Positions 38,881 through 51,656 of a stretch of DNA of 64,000 bases are shown here, piece by piece. The first letter of the stretch is position 1, and every line of letters starts with the position of its first letter. A model generated the notes under the pieces. That model saw only the letters and a list, made by a program, of their open reading frames with translations, did no database searches and was not told where the DNA came from. Source of the stretch: Octopus vulgaris (Eukaryota); contig OX597817.1 in assembly GCA_951406725.2 (NCBI GenBank), positions 150,970,001 through 151,034,000 on the forward strand, in the 5' to 3' direction. The position numbers and the translations under genes were made by a program.

Positions 38881-40735
38881 GTAAGTTAGGATGTTTTCCT
38901 TTTACGTCTATTATTTCTCTCCATTCATTAGAATATTTGTTAAATTGCTAGACTTCCGCTACACACAGTATATTATTAATAAGCAAATCTAAGCGATGTT
39001 TTGGAACATCTTCATAGACCCCCTATGTCAATTACATAATCCCTAAAGATATATCCTATAAACCATTAATCGAATAATATTACAAGCATAGTTTCTGACT
39101 AAAAAAATCGATCTATTATTTGATCTGTAAGACTGACAAAATAATAATTATAAACTGCACATAGTTCTTTCTATGTTAAGAGGATCGACTTGTTATATAT
39201 ATAAATTTTAATAATTCATTTCGATACCGTTTTTGAATTAAATTTCATTATTTTAAAGGTTATATTTGTGTAATATGAGCTGTTTTCTACATAAACACCC
39301 TTGGATGTTGTATGGGTCATAGCAGATGACCCTTGGGATAACATATTTTAGAAACCACGATTGCGATATCTACTTTTAGTCTATTTCTTTTAACTACTGA
39401 TAACAGAAAGTTTCGATTCATCTCACTATATATTATTAGTAATATTTTATCAATCCCGAATGTACAAGGTAAAGAAATACTTTGAACGTAACTGATACTG
39501 CATTTGAATAGTTCATTAGAAATATTTATTCCGATGCTCGGCCGTTTCCATTGACTTTATGACTTCTTGAAGAATGTTGATTTCTAAAATATGGTACAAG
39601 ACTTCTCATTTAAGGGATAGATATAGTCGATTAGATCAACTCCGATACTTGATTGATACTTAGAAAAATTGCTAAGTTCATCTCTGGCCACGTTGTTGTT
39701 AAGTGCAGATTTATACCATGTGATAGTAATTAAGAACTATATTGTTACTTCAGAACTATATATAATTTAGGAGGAGCGCCCATGGCTCTATGTTTTTCAG
39801 GGTCTCCGTGATAGGTGAGTTGTAGGAAAAGACTTGGTGCAAATGTCTGTACCGGAGTGGACGATGTTAAAGGGTTCCAAGGGCCTGATGGTAATGTTAA
39901 ACCGAGTGACTGGTTAAGTCTACCTCACAAAGTGTGTGTGTGTGTAATTTGCCTATGTTTACTTATAACATCCGCTTTACAAATATGAAAGATTTAGTTC
40001 TATATTTAAGTAGAAAAATATTATTCTGTTTTGAACCCTTGGTCAGGACAGTTTTAGCAGTTCAGTTCATAATACTGTACTTTAGTAATGATAACATGAA
40101 ACAATGATTCCTAACAAGGTTGCTGTATCGCATTGAGGATGCGACTAACAGAACTTGGGGGGCGTCGCAGTATTGTCGGATTTATATTTAAGGAGCCTTT
40201 GTATTATTAAAATATAATCTCTTACGAATTATCCTTCAGTGTATAAATAATAGTAATGTTTCTTAAGATCTAAAAACAAAATGAATTACGTTATCACAAA
40301 TTAAAATATAAGACGGAATTACCGTCATTTGGAAAATAACTATTTAAAGTAGCAATCGTTTGTTTGGGTTTGAAGAAATTCCGAAAGCTGATTTAAAGTG
40401 TCTATTTAACACAAGTGACATATTTCTGAGATTCTGAAAGTGTTTGCGCTCTATGAAAGTACATGTCATCGTGTATGATTTATTCGGCAGAATTCTGCTA
40501 CGTAAATAACTTTACTCTTTCTTTCCTCTTTGGTTTGCATTTAGCAAACATTTTCGGCCAGCACCGGTTTGGGTCACAAACGATGTATATGTTGTTACTG
40601 TTGTAACCTTAGCCCATCTTTGATTGAGCAAATTTGTTTCGAAGGCAATCTAATCTTGTTCATGCTCTCTCATGAGTATGTAGGGCTAAAGTAAAGTTTT
40701 GTCGAGTTAAAACGAAGGATTACCAAAGTAAATAA

Positions 40736-40832
40736 GGTGAAGGTAAAGAATACGCACACCATCCGTTTTCGGCGTTTAGGGTTAGGGTTACGCCGAAAAC
40801 GGGTGGTGTGCGTATTTTTTTTTACCTCCGCC
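40736..40832. mobile_element. 97-bp palindromic mini-element with a telomeric-repeat loop
   Basis: ~41-bp inverted arms around TTAGGGTTAGGGTT; perfect 8-bp TSD GTAAATAA. Confidence 0.8.
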
Positions 40833-42834
40833 GTAAATAATGTTTATTTTCACACTTTAAAGACAGTCAGGTGTGATTTACCTGCTGTTTCTAGCCTGTC
40901 GAGTGACTACCTGGACGCTCTCTGTATAATTTAAATTCACTGAGATGCTTCTAGGCCACGGACAACTTACCAAATACTGCTGTCATGGATATTTATATAG
41001 TTTAGGAGATTGGGTATGTTCGTAGCTGTAGTCGGGGAAAAAAGAAACGACTTTTCTGGGTTAACCCTCGCCTGAGGGACAAAAAAACCTCAGTAATTTC
41101 TGCCAACGCAGTTTCCTTTACCTATATGAGTACATATATAGTATGACTACAGAATGTTCTGTTTCCGTTGAACGGACATTATAACTGTTAATTTTGGAAA
41201 ATTCATTTCTGTTTATATTCTCTGTAATCGGTTATCTTTTCATTTAACCCCATCGAACAATAACTGGGACGCAATGTGACATCTCGGACGTTTTTTTTTT
41301 CCCCACACTGTCCATTCTTTATGTATGTTAGTTGTTGTAAAACCCTATGTTAGTCCTGATTGACTACACCTATGATGAAAAGCATTCCAGTCCTGACTGT
41401 CTCACCTATGTGGGGTATCTAAATTTTTTTTTTGAAAACGGTAGGATATGATTTTGAGATGGGTTTGGCTGCTATTTTTAGCAAATTGAACGACCATAAT
41501 AGGTTCTGATGACTTACTGCACTTATCGTTGACGGTGTACATTCCAGTACATTTTTTGTGGCTAGTGAGATTATTGATGTTGCTATTTTTGGGTCTATGT
41601 ACTTTTATATGGACTGTGTATGTCATAGTGTTCTTAAGGTGGTATTTTACTAATATTTTTAGGTGATGTAGATTTTAATCTTGGTTAAGCCATGCTATGC
41701 AGGTTGTTGGTTGAATGATGGAGTATGACTCGGATCTACCTTCCCAGTTCTACAAAACCTTCATTTGGCAACTATAGAGCGCAATCTTATAGTCATTGAT
41801 GAATTGTATAGGCTACAGTATGACAGCTTGAACATGTTGCATTTTCGATACTGTGCAGTATTTCTATGCTACACAGATTCTCGTGGTTGCGACAGCAGAG
41901 ATGGGCAAGGTAACTTGGTCTGAGCCGTGACTGTTGCTGTTCTTGTGCACTTCTTGGTGGTTTGTCTCCTAAATTAGTGTTTAAGACCTAATAAGTCTGT
42001 TGATTCTGTGGCTATTTCTGAATGTATATGTTTAGGCTGAGTGGCCGAGATACTGTTTTGAAGATGTTTTAGTCACTGAAAATCCTTCGCGGGTTGGGGT
42101 GGAAGATCACCGTTTTTTTTATATAACTTTGCGAATCTACATGTCGTTATGTAGGCCAATAAGAGACCTACAAGTCTGCTTGCAGACTGAGCGTGAGAGA
42201 AGTGGTGCTGTAGGTCACTTCACACTACCTTTGGGTTCTATAATAGATAATCCATCTCTTCTTGTGGCATTTGTTTACCAACGTTTCTCACATGTACATA
42301 CCATAATTCTTCAGATTGCCTTTGTCTTTTGAACCACTTCATTTGCCCTCGTTTGTGCTTTCCTTCATTCACCTTGAAGTAAAACAGTTGTTCGTCATCA
42401 TCATTCAACATCCTTTTTTCCATGTTTGTGTGTGTTGGACGGAGTTTATTGAAGCAGATTTCTACGGCTGGATGTCCTTCCTGTCATCCATCCTCACTGG
42501 TTTCCAAACAAGGTAAAATTTCTCCATGGCCAGATATGTTCATGCAGAATGCTGGAAATGAATGACATTGCTTGTGTGACAGTGACATTCATTTACAACC
42601 GTCATGCAATGTCACGGCAAGGACACACACGATAGGCTCCTTTCAGTTTCCATCTACCAAATACACTTGATGGGTCTATAATAGAAGACACTTTCCCAAA
42701 GTACCACACAATGGGACTGAACCTGGAACCATTTGGTTGGGAACTAAGCTTCTTGCCATACAGTCATCATCAGCATCATCATCGTTTAACGTCCGTTTTC
42801 CATGCTAGCATGGGTTGGACGGAAAAAATGAAGA

Positions 42835-42949
42835 ATGCTTACAGCACTTAGGTTTCCCAAGCAGTCACTTATCTAAGTACTAACTAGGCCCGATGTTGCT
42901 TAACTTCGGTGATCAGATGAGAACCAGTGTTTTCAACGTGATATGCCCG
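42835..42949 (-). pseudogene. 5S rRNA pseudogene (lacking the first ~5 nt)
   Basis: Minus strand reads CGGGCATATCACGTTGAAAACACTGGTTCTCATCTGATCACCGAAGTTAAGCAACATCGGGCCTAGTTAGTACTTAGATAAGTGACTGCTTGGGAAACCTAAGTGCTGTAAGCAT, colinear with molluscan 5S; CpG-type transitions and a mutated box C; T-run downstream. Confidence 0.9.
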
Positions 42950-42960
42950 ATTATCCAGTA

Positions 42961-44750
42961 CTGCCTATTGTAACTGGAGTTCTGTAATCAGGGTTTCAAG
43001 GCAGGAGATATACTGGTTTGCTCAAGCATGCTGGCATTCTACTATTTTCCCTCTCACTGAATGTATGTGATTTTCTTCAGACATCTATTTCTGATGGTGC
43101 ATTTTCAGCTTATGGAGTCACAACCTATAATTTGTCCAGGTTTCTGAACTATCAATGTTATACACCATAGATTTAGTTGTCTCAGATCACAAATTTCATA
43201 TACCCGTCATCTCAGGCAAACAGGGTATGCTAGCATATTTTATTAGTGGTTGCGTCTCTTCATCAATATCTGCATTCTGTGATTGATAGCTACCCAGATA
43301 TTGGAAGTGCTCAACGTTTTCCATCATCTGTCCTCATCATTGACTAGCTGAACCAGGTTCCTGCCTGTTGGCTGTTTGGAGATACAAGGTCATAGTTTTA
43401 TTCATGTTGAAAGTTTGACCTATGCTTTCATATGTGTGGAGAAGATATTGTCTGTAACTCTTTTTCTGAAGGTACACAAACTGTGACATCTGTGAACTAA
43501 AGTTCAAATAATCAAGGTAGTCATGGTCTTTGTTGTGGAGAATGCCAGAGTTAAATGATTTGCTTACTTTGCAGTATGAAATTGAAATGATAAATTGAAA
43601 TTTGCCTGTAGTGGGCTTGAAGTGTTAGGGCAATTGTGCAATCTTGTCTTACTCCATTTCTCATCATTCAGTGCCTGTTTTCTATGCTGGCATGGGCTGG
43701 ACTCTATCACTGGAGCTGGTAAGGCTGGGAACTACACCAGGTTTCAAAGTCTGTTTTGGCTTGGCTTCTACAGCTGAATGCCCTTCCCAACATCAACTGC
43801 TGTGGAGGCGCAATGGCCCAATGGTTAGGGCTGCAGACTCATGGTCGGAGGATTGCGGTTTCGATTCCCAGACCGGGTGTTGTGTGTGTTTATTGAGCGA
43901 AAACACCTAAAAGCTCCACGAGGCTCTGGTAGGGGGTGGTGGCGCCCCCTGTTGTACTCTTTCGCCCCAACTTTCTCTCACTCTTTCTTCCTGTTTCTTG
44001 TCCCCAACTACTAAGCCTGGATGCGCATTCATCCATCCGTCGATGCTCTTGGTGTCGGGGGTTGACCTGCTTTCTCTTCTGCGGGTCTTACGAATAGCAA
44101 AGGACCACGTTTCGGACTTCTCCCACTACTGGGACTTAGACCACTTCGCTCAACAGCAACATCAACTGCTTTATAGAGTGTACTGGGTGCTTCTTTGTGG
44201 CATCAGCACAGATAGTCCCTAAGCAACTTGCCAGATAAAACTGCTTGGCTGGAGGGAGAGAGAGTAGTATTTAGGCAGGGATGGCTTTGTGCCAGTTGAG
44301 AGATTAAAGGTATAGAGGGACAAGGATAGGTGTCTTGCTGTAGAGTTGATGCATGGATGCCCCAGTTGGAAGCATTGCACTTTAGCTTTCACGTCATGCA
44401 GAAGTTGCTGGATTGTGATGGGTTTTTGGGAGCATCCCATGTTTGGTTAGTACATTTCACAGGGCTTCAGATTTACAGCATCAAAGAAAGCCATGTGTAA
44501 TGGTTTGTGTTGCTCATGTCATTTCTCCCGTAGCTAGTGTGCACAGAATACCAGATGAGTAATAGTTCTGAAAAGTTCTAAACTAGATTTGAACTAGAGA
44601 TTCTCTGATAGTGAGATGAGATGGTTGAGCAGGATTCTAACCAGAATTTTTCCAAGCATTCGACAAAAGTGAGAGTTGTCTGGACTTGCCACATTCTAAT
44701 TTATTTTCTTTCTTGAAAGTAGTAGGAATGGTTGCATCTCTGAGGTTGTT
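42961..44750 (-). mobile_element. Old RTE (BovB-like) LINE RT remnant interrupted by SINEs at ~43660-44390
   Basis: Degenerate translations LRDATIPTTFKK, GCSQKPITIQQLLHDVKAKV and ENVEHFQYLGSYQSQNADIDEE. Confidence 0.75.
43802..44156 (+). mobile_element. SINE family D head with a different tail (Y)
   Basis: 14-bp TSD CAACATCAACTGCT; first ~200 bp shared with 22513-22896. Confidence 0.85.
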
Positions 44751-45366
44751 TGTTGTTAGTGCTTCAGTTATCAAATCCCATCAAATTCGATTGTCTTGAC
44801 ATTTAGCAAAAAATTGCTTTTTCTTTTGGTTTCTGCAATGTCAGATGGTGCTGCTAGGTTGTTCATCATTTGGTCTTTGTTCGATGCTGTCTACAGATCT
44901 TTTATTGGTTGCACACTCCGCTCCTGCCTCTTTCTCTCATATTTCATCCCTTTTCACCTTGCATAAAGTTCCTTCTCTCTACTTGAAGTTTGTAGTTTTG
45001 CAAGCTGTGTGGTGACTTCATTTCTGCTGGTGGCATGAGAAAAAAAGTACCCAGTACATACTGCTTGTATTTGCTGGCAAACTTACTTTTTGTACACAAT
45101 ACTCTTGTCATTTTGGTAAACATGAAAAGCTGTTCGCTTTCTTTTGATCACTGGGTAAGGTGTTGTATGTGTGAAACCAGTCTTAGTGTGAGGTGATTGG
45201 AAGAGGTTTGAATACAACAAAGGTAAAGAGAGGTGGAGAGACAAATGGTTGTATCTTGTGGTGTAGGCTTGTGACAAGCCTGTACAGAGGAATAGTGATA
45301 GAAAAGTCAGACAGGTGACAGCATGCTTGTGAACTAGTGGTTGGAGTATGTCTATGAGTGATTTAG

Positions 45367-45583
45367 CCCTTTCGTTACTGTAATTTTGAGAGGCTTTGTG
45401 TTTCTTTCAATTACTTTAAATATTACACAGAATTTAGTAAAATAATTTAGTTATCATTCATATAATGTTAGGAACATAAATTGTAACTAAGGTTTGGTGG
45501 AAGATTTTAATTCAAAACTTATGAAAACAAGATATTTGTACTCAGAGCCAGAGCTGGTTTCAGCCGGGTTGGTAACGAAAGGG
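45367..45583. mobile_element. piggyBac-like MITE (same family as 7220)
   Basis: CCCTTTCGTTAC...GTAACGAAAGGG TIRs, TTAG/TTAA flanks. Confidence 0.8.
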
Positions 45584-47661
45584 TTAATTTAAGTTATTTG
45601 AGTGAGCCTTCTCTGGATGTTGTCCAGGGTGTGTGTGTGTGTGCATAGCAACAATACTGTTCCAGGTGTGGGAGCAGCACTCAGTTTCTTTTCAAAATCC
45701 CTTTGCCACACCACCAAAAGCACTGCCAATAATTTGATTATATTTAAAAGTCTATATTGCATATAAATCATTTTCATTAATATATATATATATAAATTAT
45801 TTTCATTAATATATAATACGAAATGTCAAAACATTTCAACTGCTTGAAATTACCAGATGGTGGTAGTAATGTTGGTATTGGTGGTAGTGTTGTTTTTCTA
45901 CACTTCATAGGTTTGGGGGTCTGCCAGCATTTGGCGATGTTTCTTGAGGTAGTGTTGGGTGTATTTTGCATGAATGGAAAATGCTGGCGAAAGCTTTACT
46001 AATGTTGAATCCAGTTAGAATGGTATTCGTGGGAGTTTTTCTGTTGTTGAAGCCAACATGTATTTTCTGTGTTATGAATTAGTATTGTGGTTGAGTGTAA
46101 GGGTATGAATCTGTATTAATTTTTTTCCTTCACATCTACATTCCAAAATTTGCAGTTTTTTTTTTTTGTATATTACTATGAGTGTTTGGTTTCTTTTTGC
46201 AATAAGTTAAATGTTTTTTCATTTGTGAGAGGAGAACATTTAGTATTCTACTTGAACAACATACAAATTAGAATTTCTCTGATAATGTAAAGTGTGTGTG
46301 TGTGTGTGAAGACAGATGTGGCTTTGCGGTTAAGAAGCTTGCTTCCCAATCATAAGAACTTAGGTTCAGTCTCATTGTATAGAACCTTGGGAAGTATCTA
46401 TTATAGTCAGTCCCAGGTTGACCAAATCCTTTTGGTAAACTGAAACTGAGAGAAGCTTGTTATATATATATATATATATATGTGTGTATGTATGTGTATC
46501 ATCATCATCATTTAGTGTCCGCTTTCCATGCTAGCATGGGTTGGACGGTTCAACTGGGGTCTGGGAAACCAGAAGGCTGCACCAGGCCCAGTCTGATCTG
46601 GCAATGTTTCTACGGCTGGATGCCCTTCCTAAATATATATATATAGGTTTTGTGTGCATACCTTTATGTGTATGCACAGAGCAGAATCTTAGGCAAATGT
46701 CTTCTACTGTAGCTTCAGGCTGACCAATGCTTTGTGAGGGAATTTGGTAGATGAAAAGTATGTATGTATATATTTGTGTGTGTGTCTGCTCCTGCACTGC
46801 TTAGCAATCAGTGTTGGTCTGTTTACAAACCCGTAACTTAGTGGTTCAGTAAAAGAAACCAATAAAATAAGTATCCGACTTAACAAAAGAAGAAAAAAAT
46901 ATATACAGGGTTTAATATGTCCATCCAAACCTTTCAAGGTGGTACCCTCTCATGACTGCAGTCCATTGACTGAAACAAATCAATGATAAACTGGATAGAA
47001 CTGCAAAAGAATTATCAACTTTATAGATCAGTTTCATTTTCTGTTCACTACAAACCGTCTGTTGGTGTTGACCATTCTTTTTAAGTCGTCTTTTTTCTCA
47101 CTTTCCTATCTACCATCTATTATAAGTTCACAGAACTTCAATAAATCACTTCCCATCCATTCTCATTAAATGTCATTCTTACTCAAGTGTTTTCTTTTAG
47201 CAATATTATTTGATATGTCTAAATGTTAATTTGTACTCAACCTACCATTTGGCTTTCATAGTATGTTGTAAAGATTGTAATTATTTTATTCTTCATCATT
47301 GCAAATATTTTACTATTGTCTCTAGACTTGTCCTCAGATGCTTCTGGTTTTGAATTTTAGAATTGTAAACAATTGAGAACTTATTAAAATTCTTCATTTT
47401 GTATCTGTTGCTAATCTTTTCTAACATTATATTGCATAATATATATTACTATATATGTATACAGGAAGGTGGAGAGCTGGCAGAATCGTTAGCACGCCAG
47501 GCAAAATGCTTAGCAGCTTTTCATTCATCTTTATATTCTGACTTCAAATTCCACTGAAGTTGACTCTGCCTTTCATCCTTTTGAGCTTGATAAAATAAGT
47601 ACTAGTTGAGCCCTGGGGTCAGTGTAATCGACTTAGCCCTCCCTTGAAATTACTGGCCATG

Positions 47662-49260
47662 TGCTCCAATAACTTCACTCCGCCATATGCCCCACAACTC
47701 ATCGCATCCCCCTTCCTCTTGAAGATCAGTACCACCACACTTAGTGCCCTGTGTCCAATCAACTGCCATTCCTCTTCCATCGAGCACACTCCTAGCAGAG
47801 CTCCATCATCACAACAGTCTCTATCTCTCCACTTGCAGTTATCATTTCCACACTTACTTCTGATGGACCAGCTGCCCTTTCCTGTTTTCATTTCCTTCGT
47901 TGCCTCCACTACTTCTTCCTGACTAACCTTCTCTACTGGCCCCTTTCCTGCAGCAGCTTCCACCATCTGATCCCATTCATTCTCCTCATTCATAATTCCC
48001 TCCATATGCTCTTTCCAAACTTTTCCCCTGTCCTTCTCACTAAAATTCAACCTTCCATTACTCCCACTCATGCATCTTCCTCCCTCAACATCTCTTCCAT
48101 CTTTTTTTATTGATTTAATAAACCTAAACACTCTATCTGGGTTCTCATCCAGCCCGCTCAACCTCTCCTCAACCTCCTTCCTCATAGATCTCGCAACTAC
48201 CCTCTTTGCACGATTCTTCATGTTATTATACCTGGCTTTCATTTGCTCAGTCCTATTATTACATAAAGCTTTGTGTGCCTCCTTCCTCACTATCGCATCC
48301 TTCACCTCCTTGTTCCACCACCATGTATTTCCTCGATCTCTCCTACCCTTCGTCCTTCCACACACTTCGTCACATGCCTTTAGTACCCCTTCTTTAAAAC
48401 ACTTCCACAAATCTGGTGCATCAATGCTTACCAACTCCTCAATTCGCTCCTCAAACCTTGCTTTTGTTTCTTCTTCCTTCAGTTTCCATACCTTTCTCCT
48501 CAATTCTTTCCTTTCTCACACACTTTTTAACTTTCCTCTTATCCAAGTCAGCAACCACCGCCCTGTGCTGCAACTCTTCTGTTATTGTCTTCACATCTCT
48601 CAGATATTTTTTGTTTTTCCTGCCAACCAACATGAGATCAATCTCTGTCTCGTTCCCTCCTACACTGAAAGTCATCTTTTCTGTTTTCCTAAACCATGTA
48701 TTCACCACACACAACTCTTTCTCATCACAAAACTCCAACAGTATCCTTCCTTCTACATTTCTCTCCTCAATTCTGTTTCCCCTATGCACACCCTCCAAGC
48801 CCTGGATCCATTTCCCAACATGTCCATTAAAATCACCCATGCCTAATTAATCCACCTTATGTAAGTCCCACTCATTCGCCATTTCATCAAAGAACTGCTC
48901 TTTCTCAGCAATCCCTCTTCCACTTTGTGGACCATACCCACAAATCACCCTCACCACCTCTTCCTCAAATACTACCATGACTGTCATCACTCTGTCACTC
49001 TTTCTCCTGACCTCCACCACCTTCTCACAGATTTCTTCCTTCATCAAAACTCCCACATCGCCAGTCCCCCTGCAATTTCCTGACCACCACAACTTGTGCC
49101 TTTTTCCCCTTGACCCCCCACCCAATCTTGCACCATGGCCCCTCCACCTAACGTCTTGCACACATCCATCCTCCTCTTCCTCAATTCCTCACACATCTCA
49201 GTTCCCCTTTGCCACAGACTGCCCACATTTCAACTTCCCAACCTCACCCCAAGCTTCTCC
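47662..49260 (-). mobile_element. RTE-clade LINE, 5' part (APE endonuclease, linker, start of RT), frameshifted
   Basis: QDVRWRG...KLWWSG, YGPQSG, MGDFNGHVG, NTWF, EIDLMLV, WWWNKEVKDAI, KGDAMSCGAYGGVKLLEH over three broken frames; ends at a family-B-type SINE. Confidence 0.92.
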
Positions 49261-49682
49261 TCAGGCCGTCAGCCATCATAAGGCAAGTCATGTTTGCGCA
49301 ACTCAGGATGTGGGTTTGCACCTTCCTTTTTCAGGTAGGCAGGTGTAGTCCACCCCAACCTTTGGGCTGGCTGGTGCCCATTTTCCTTTGCTATTACCAT
49401 GAAGTTTTTTTTCAGCTGGATTTTCTACAAGGAGCATACCCTTGCTTACCTGCAACCTCAGTTTCTATACATGAGTGATCCCATGCTCAAGGCCTCTACC
49501 ACGATTTTTAAGAAATGTGGTGGAAAACTAGCTAAGGAAAGCAGGGATGCTACTCCCTGAGACCCCTTTCAGAGCACTCTACCACTTTTGATGCTATTGA
49601 TTTTGCATGCAAAGAGGTTCTTTGCTACCCATGACATACACTTCAAATAAGCACATAGCTGGACTTTTTTTTTGTTAGCAGG

Positions 49683-50075
49683 CGCGGGAGTGGCTGTGTG
49701 GTAGGTAGTTTGCTTACCAACCACATGGTTCTGGGTTCAGTCCCACTGCGTGGCACCCTGGGCGTCTTCTACTATAGCCTCAGGACGATCAAAGCCTTGT
49801 GAGTGGATTCAGTAGAGGGAAACTGAAAGAAGCCCATCATATATATGTATATGTATATATGTTTGTGTCTGTGTTTGTCCTCCCAACATCGCTTGATAAC
49901 TGATGCTGGTGTGTTTATGTCCCCGTAACTTAGCAGTTTGGCAAAAGAGTACAATAGAATAAGTACTAGGCTTACAAAGAATAAGTCCTGGGGTCGATTT
50001 GCTCGACTAAAGGCAGTGTTCCAGCATGGCTGCAGTCAAATGACTGAAACAAGTAAAAGAGTAACGAGAGAGTAT
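49683..50075 (+). mobile_element. SINE family A copy (LAMTOR5 intron 1)
   Basis: Full-length match. Confidence 0.85.
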
Positions 50076-50219
50076 AAATGCAACTCTCTTGTTCACTAGA
50101 TTAACTAGGGTGCCTTCAATATCAATTAATCATTATTATCTATTTTTATTGCCAAGGACACTAAAGTAACTAGAGGATGGATATCTTGTCAGTAGATACA
50201 AAATATTTTACAGTGTTCT

Positions 50220-50273
<54 letters not shown>

Positions 50274-50993
50274 GCAGTGTTTAATTTCCATCTTCAAAAA
50301 GAAAAAGAAAATCTAAATCTACATGTTTTTGATGTTTAGATTACTTTGATGTTTCTGGTTTGGAATGGAAAGTATTTAGATCTCAGCAGAGTTGTGTCAT
50401 CAACCAAGCTTATCATTGACGTAGAATACTTTAACAAGAGACCATCCATGAATGAGAAATTAATGATATACTTTAACCCATCAAAATATTAAGTCTTGTG
50501 TTATGAACAGAAAACAATACAAAATTGCTTGCTTTATACCAAACAACGAAGCTGTCCAAAATACACTATAATTGATATGTAGTTATGTCTATGAATTTGT
50601 TTTGCTCTAATTATGTTCACAGGCTGTGAACTAATTACTGAGAGTTATGTGGCAGAACACCAAGCAATTATTCTCAACAGGAAACCCAGCAATTATTCTC
50701 CACAGGAAACCCAGCAATGATGCTAATGTTTTAAAAATTACTTTGTTTAGACTACACTTTTGGTCTTCATATTAAACCAACAGGAAAGAATATGAACATT
50801 CTTTTCAAAGATAACCAATGTCTTGTATGAATTATTGGGAATTTCCTTGAGCATTGTGCTTATTCTTTCATGCAGAGGAGCATGATGCCACTTAAGGAAG
50901 TGACAACTCCTAGCATTTCTTGGAGGCCAAAATTTGATATGAAACTCCCCTCCTCCCCCAAAACCCCATTTGTATTCTTTCATTGGCAACCAG

Positions 50994-51045
<52 letters not shown>

Positions 51046-51656
51046 GAGATAGGGGTTGTAAATGTAACCCTCCATGGGATAACATATATCCAATATACTG
51101 TTAGTTAAGTACCCAACAAAGTTAATACATAAATGTTAATGATTGCAATGCAATTAATTCATTTACTGTATTATATGGGCAAAGGTAAAATGATTTACCA
51201 CAAATTGGTTGGCATTAGAAAGCGTATCCAGCTGTAGAAACATTGCCAAATCAGATTGGAGCCTGGTGCAGTCTCTGGCTCTCCAGACCTCATCAAACGG
51301 TCCAACCCATGCCAGCATGGAAAGTGGACGTTAAATGATTGTGATGATATATACCAGGCTCCAATCTGATCTGGCAATGTCTCTACAGCTGGATGCCCTT
51401 CCTAACTCCAACCATTCCAAGAGTGTAGTGGGTGCTTTTTACATACTACCAGCATAGGAACCAGTCAGGTGGGCCTGGCATCAATCATGTTCAGATAGTG
51501 CTTGTTACATGCCACTGGCACAAGGGCCAGTCAGGAGGTACTGGCATTGGTCACATTCGGATGATGATTTTTACGTGTCACCGGCATGGGGGCCAGTCAG
51601 GCGGTATGTGTGTGTGTGTATATCTATATTTATATATATATATATACACATATATA

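Noticed and set aside
41600-42100. Second Penelope remnant on the minus strand (FKLSYCS)
   Set aside because: Only one short motif; insufficient support
43802-43880. tRNA gene
   Set aside because: A/B boxes present but no proper cloverleaf; continues into a SINE body bounded by TSDs
48070-48846. 258-aa plus-strand ORF and neighbours
   Set aside because: Antisense shadow of the purine-rich RTE LINE coding strand
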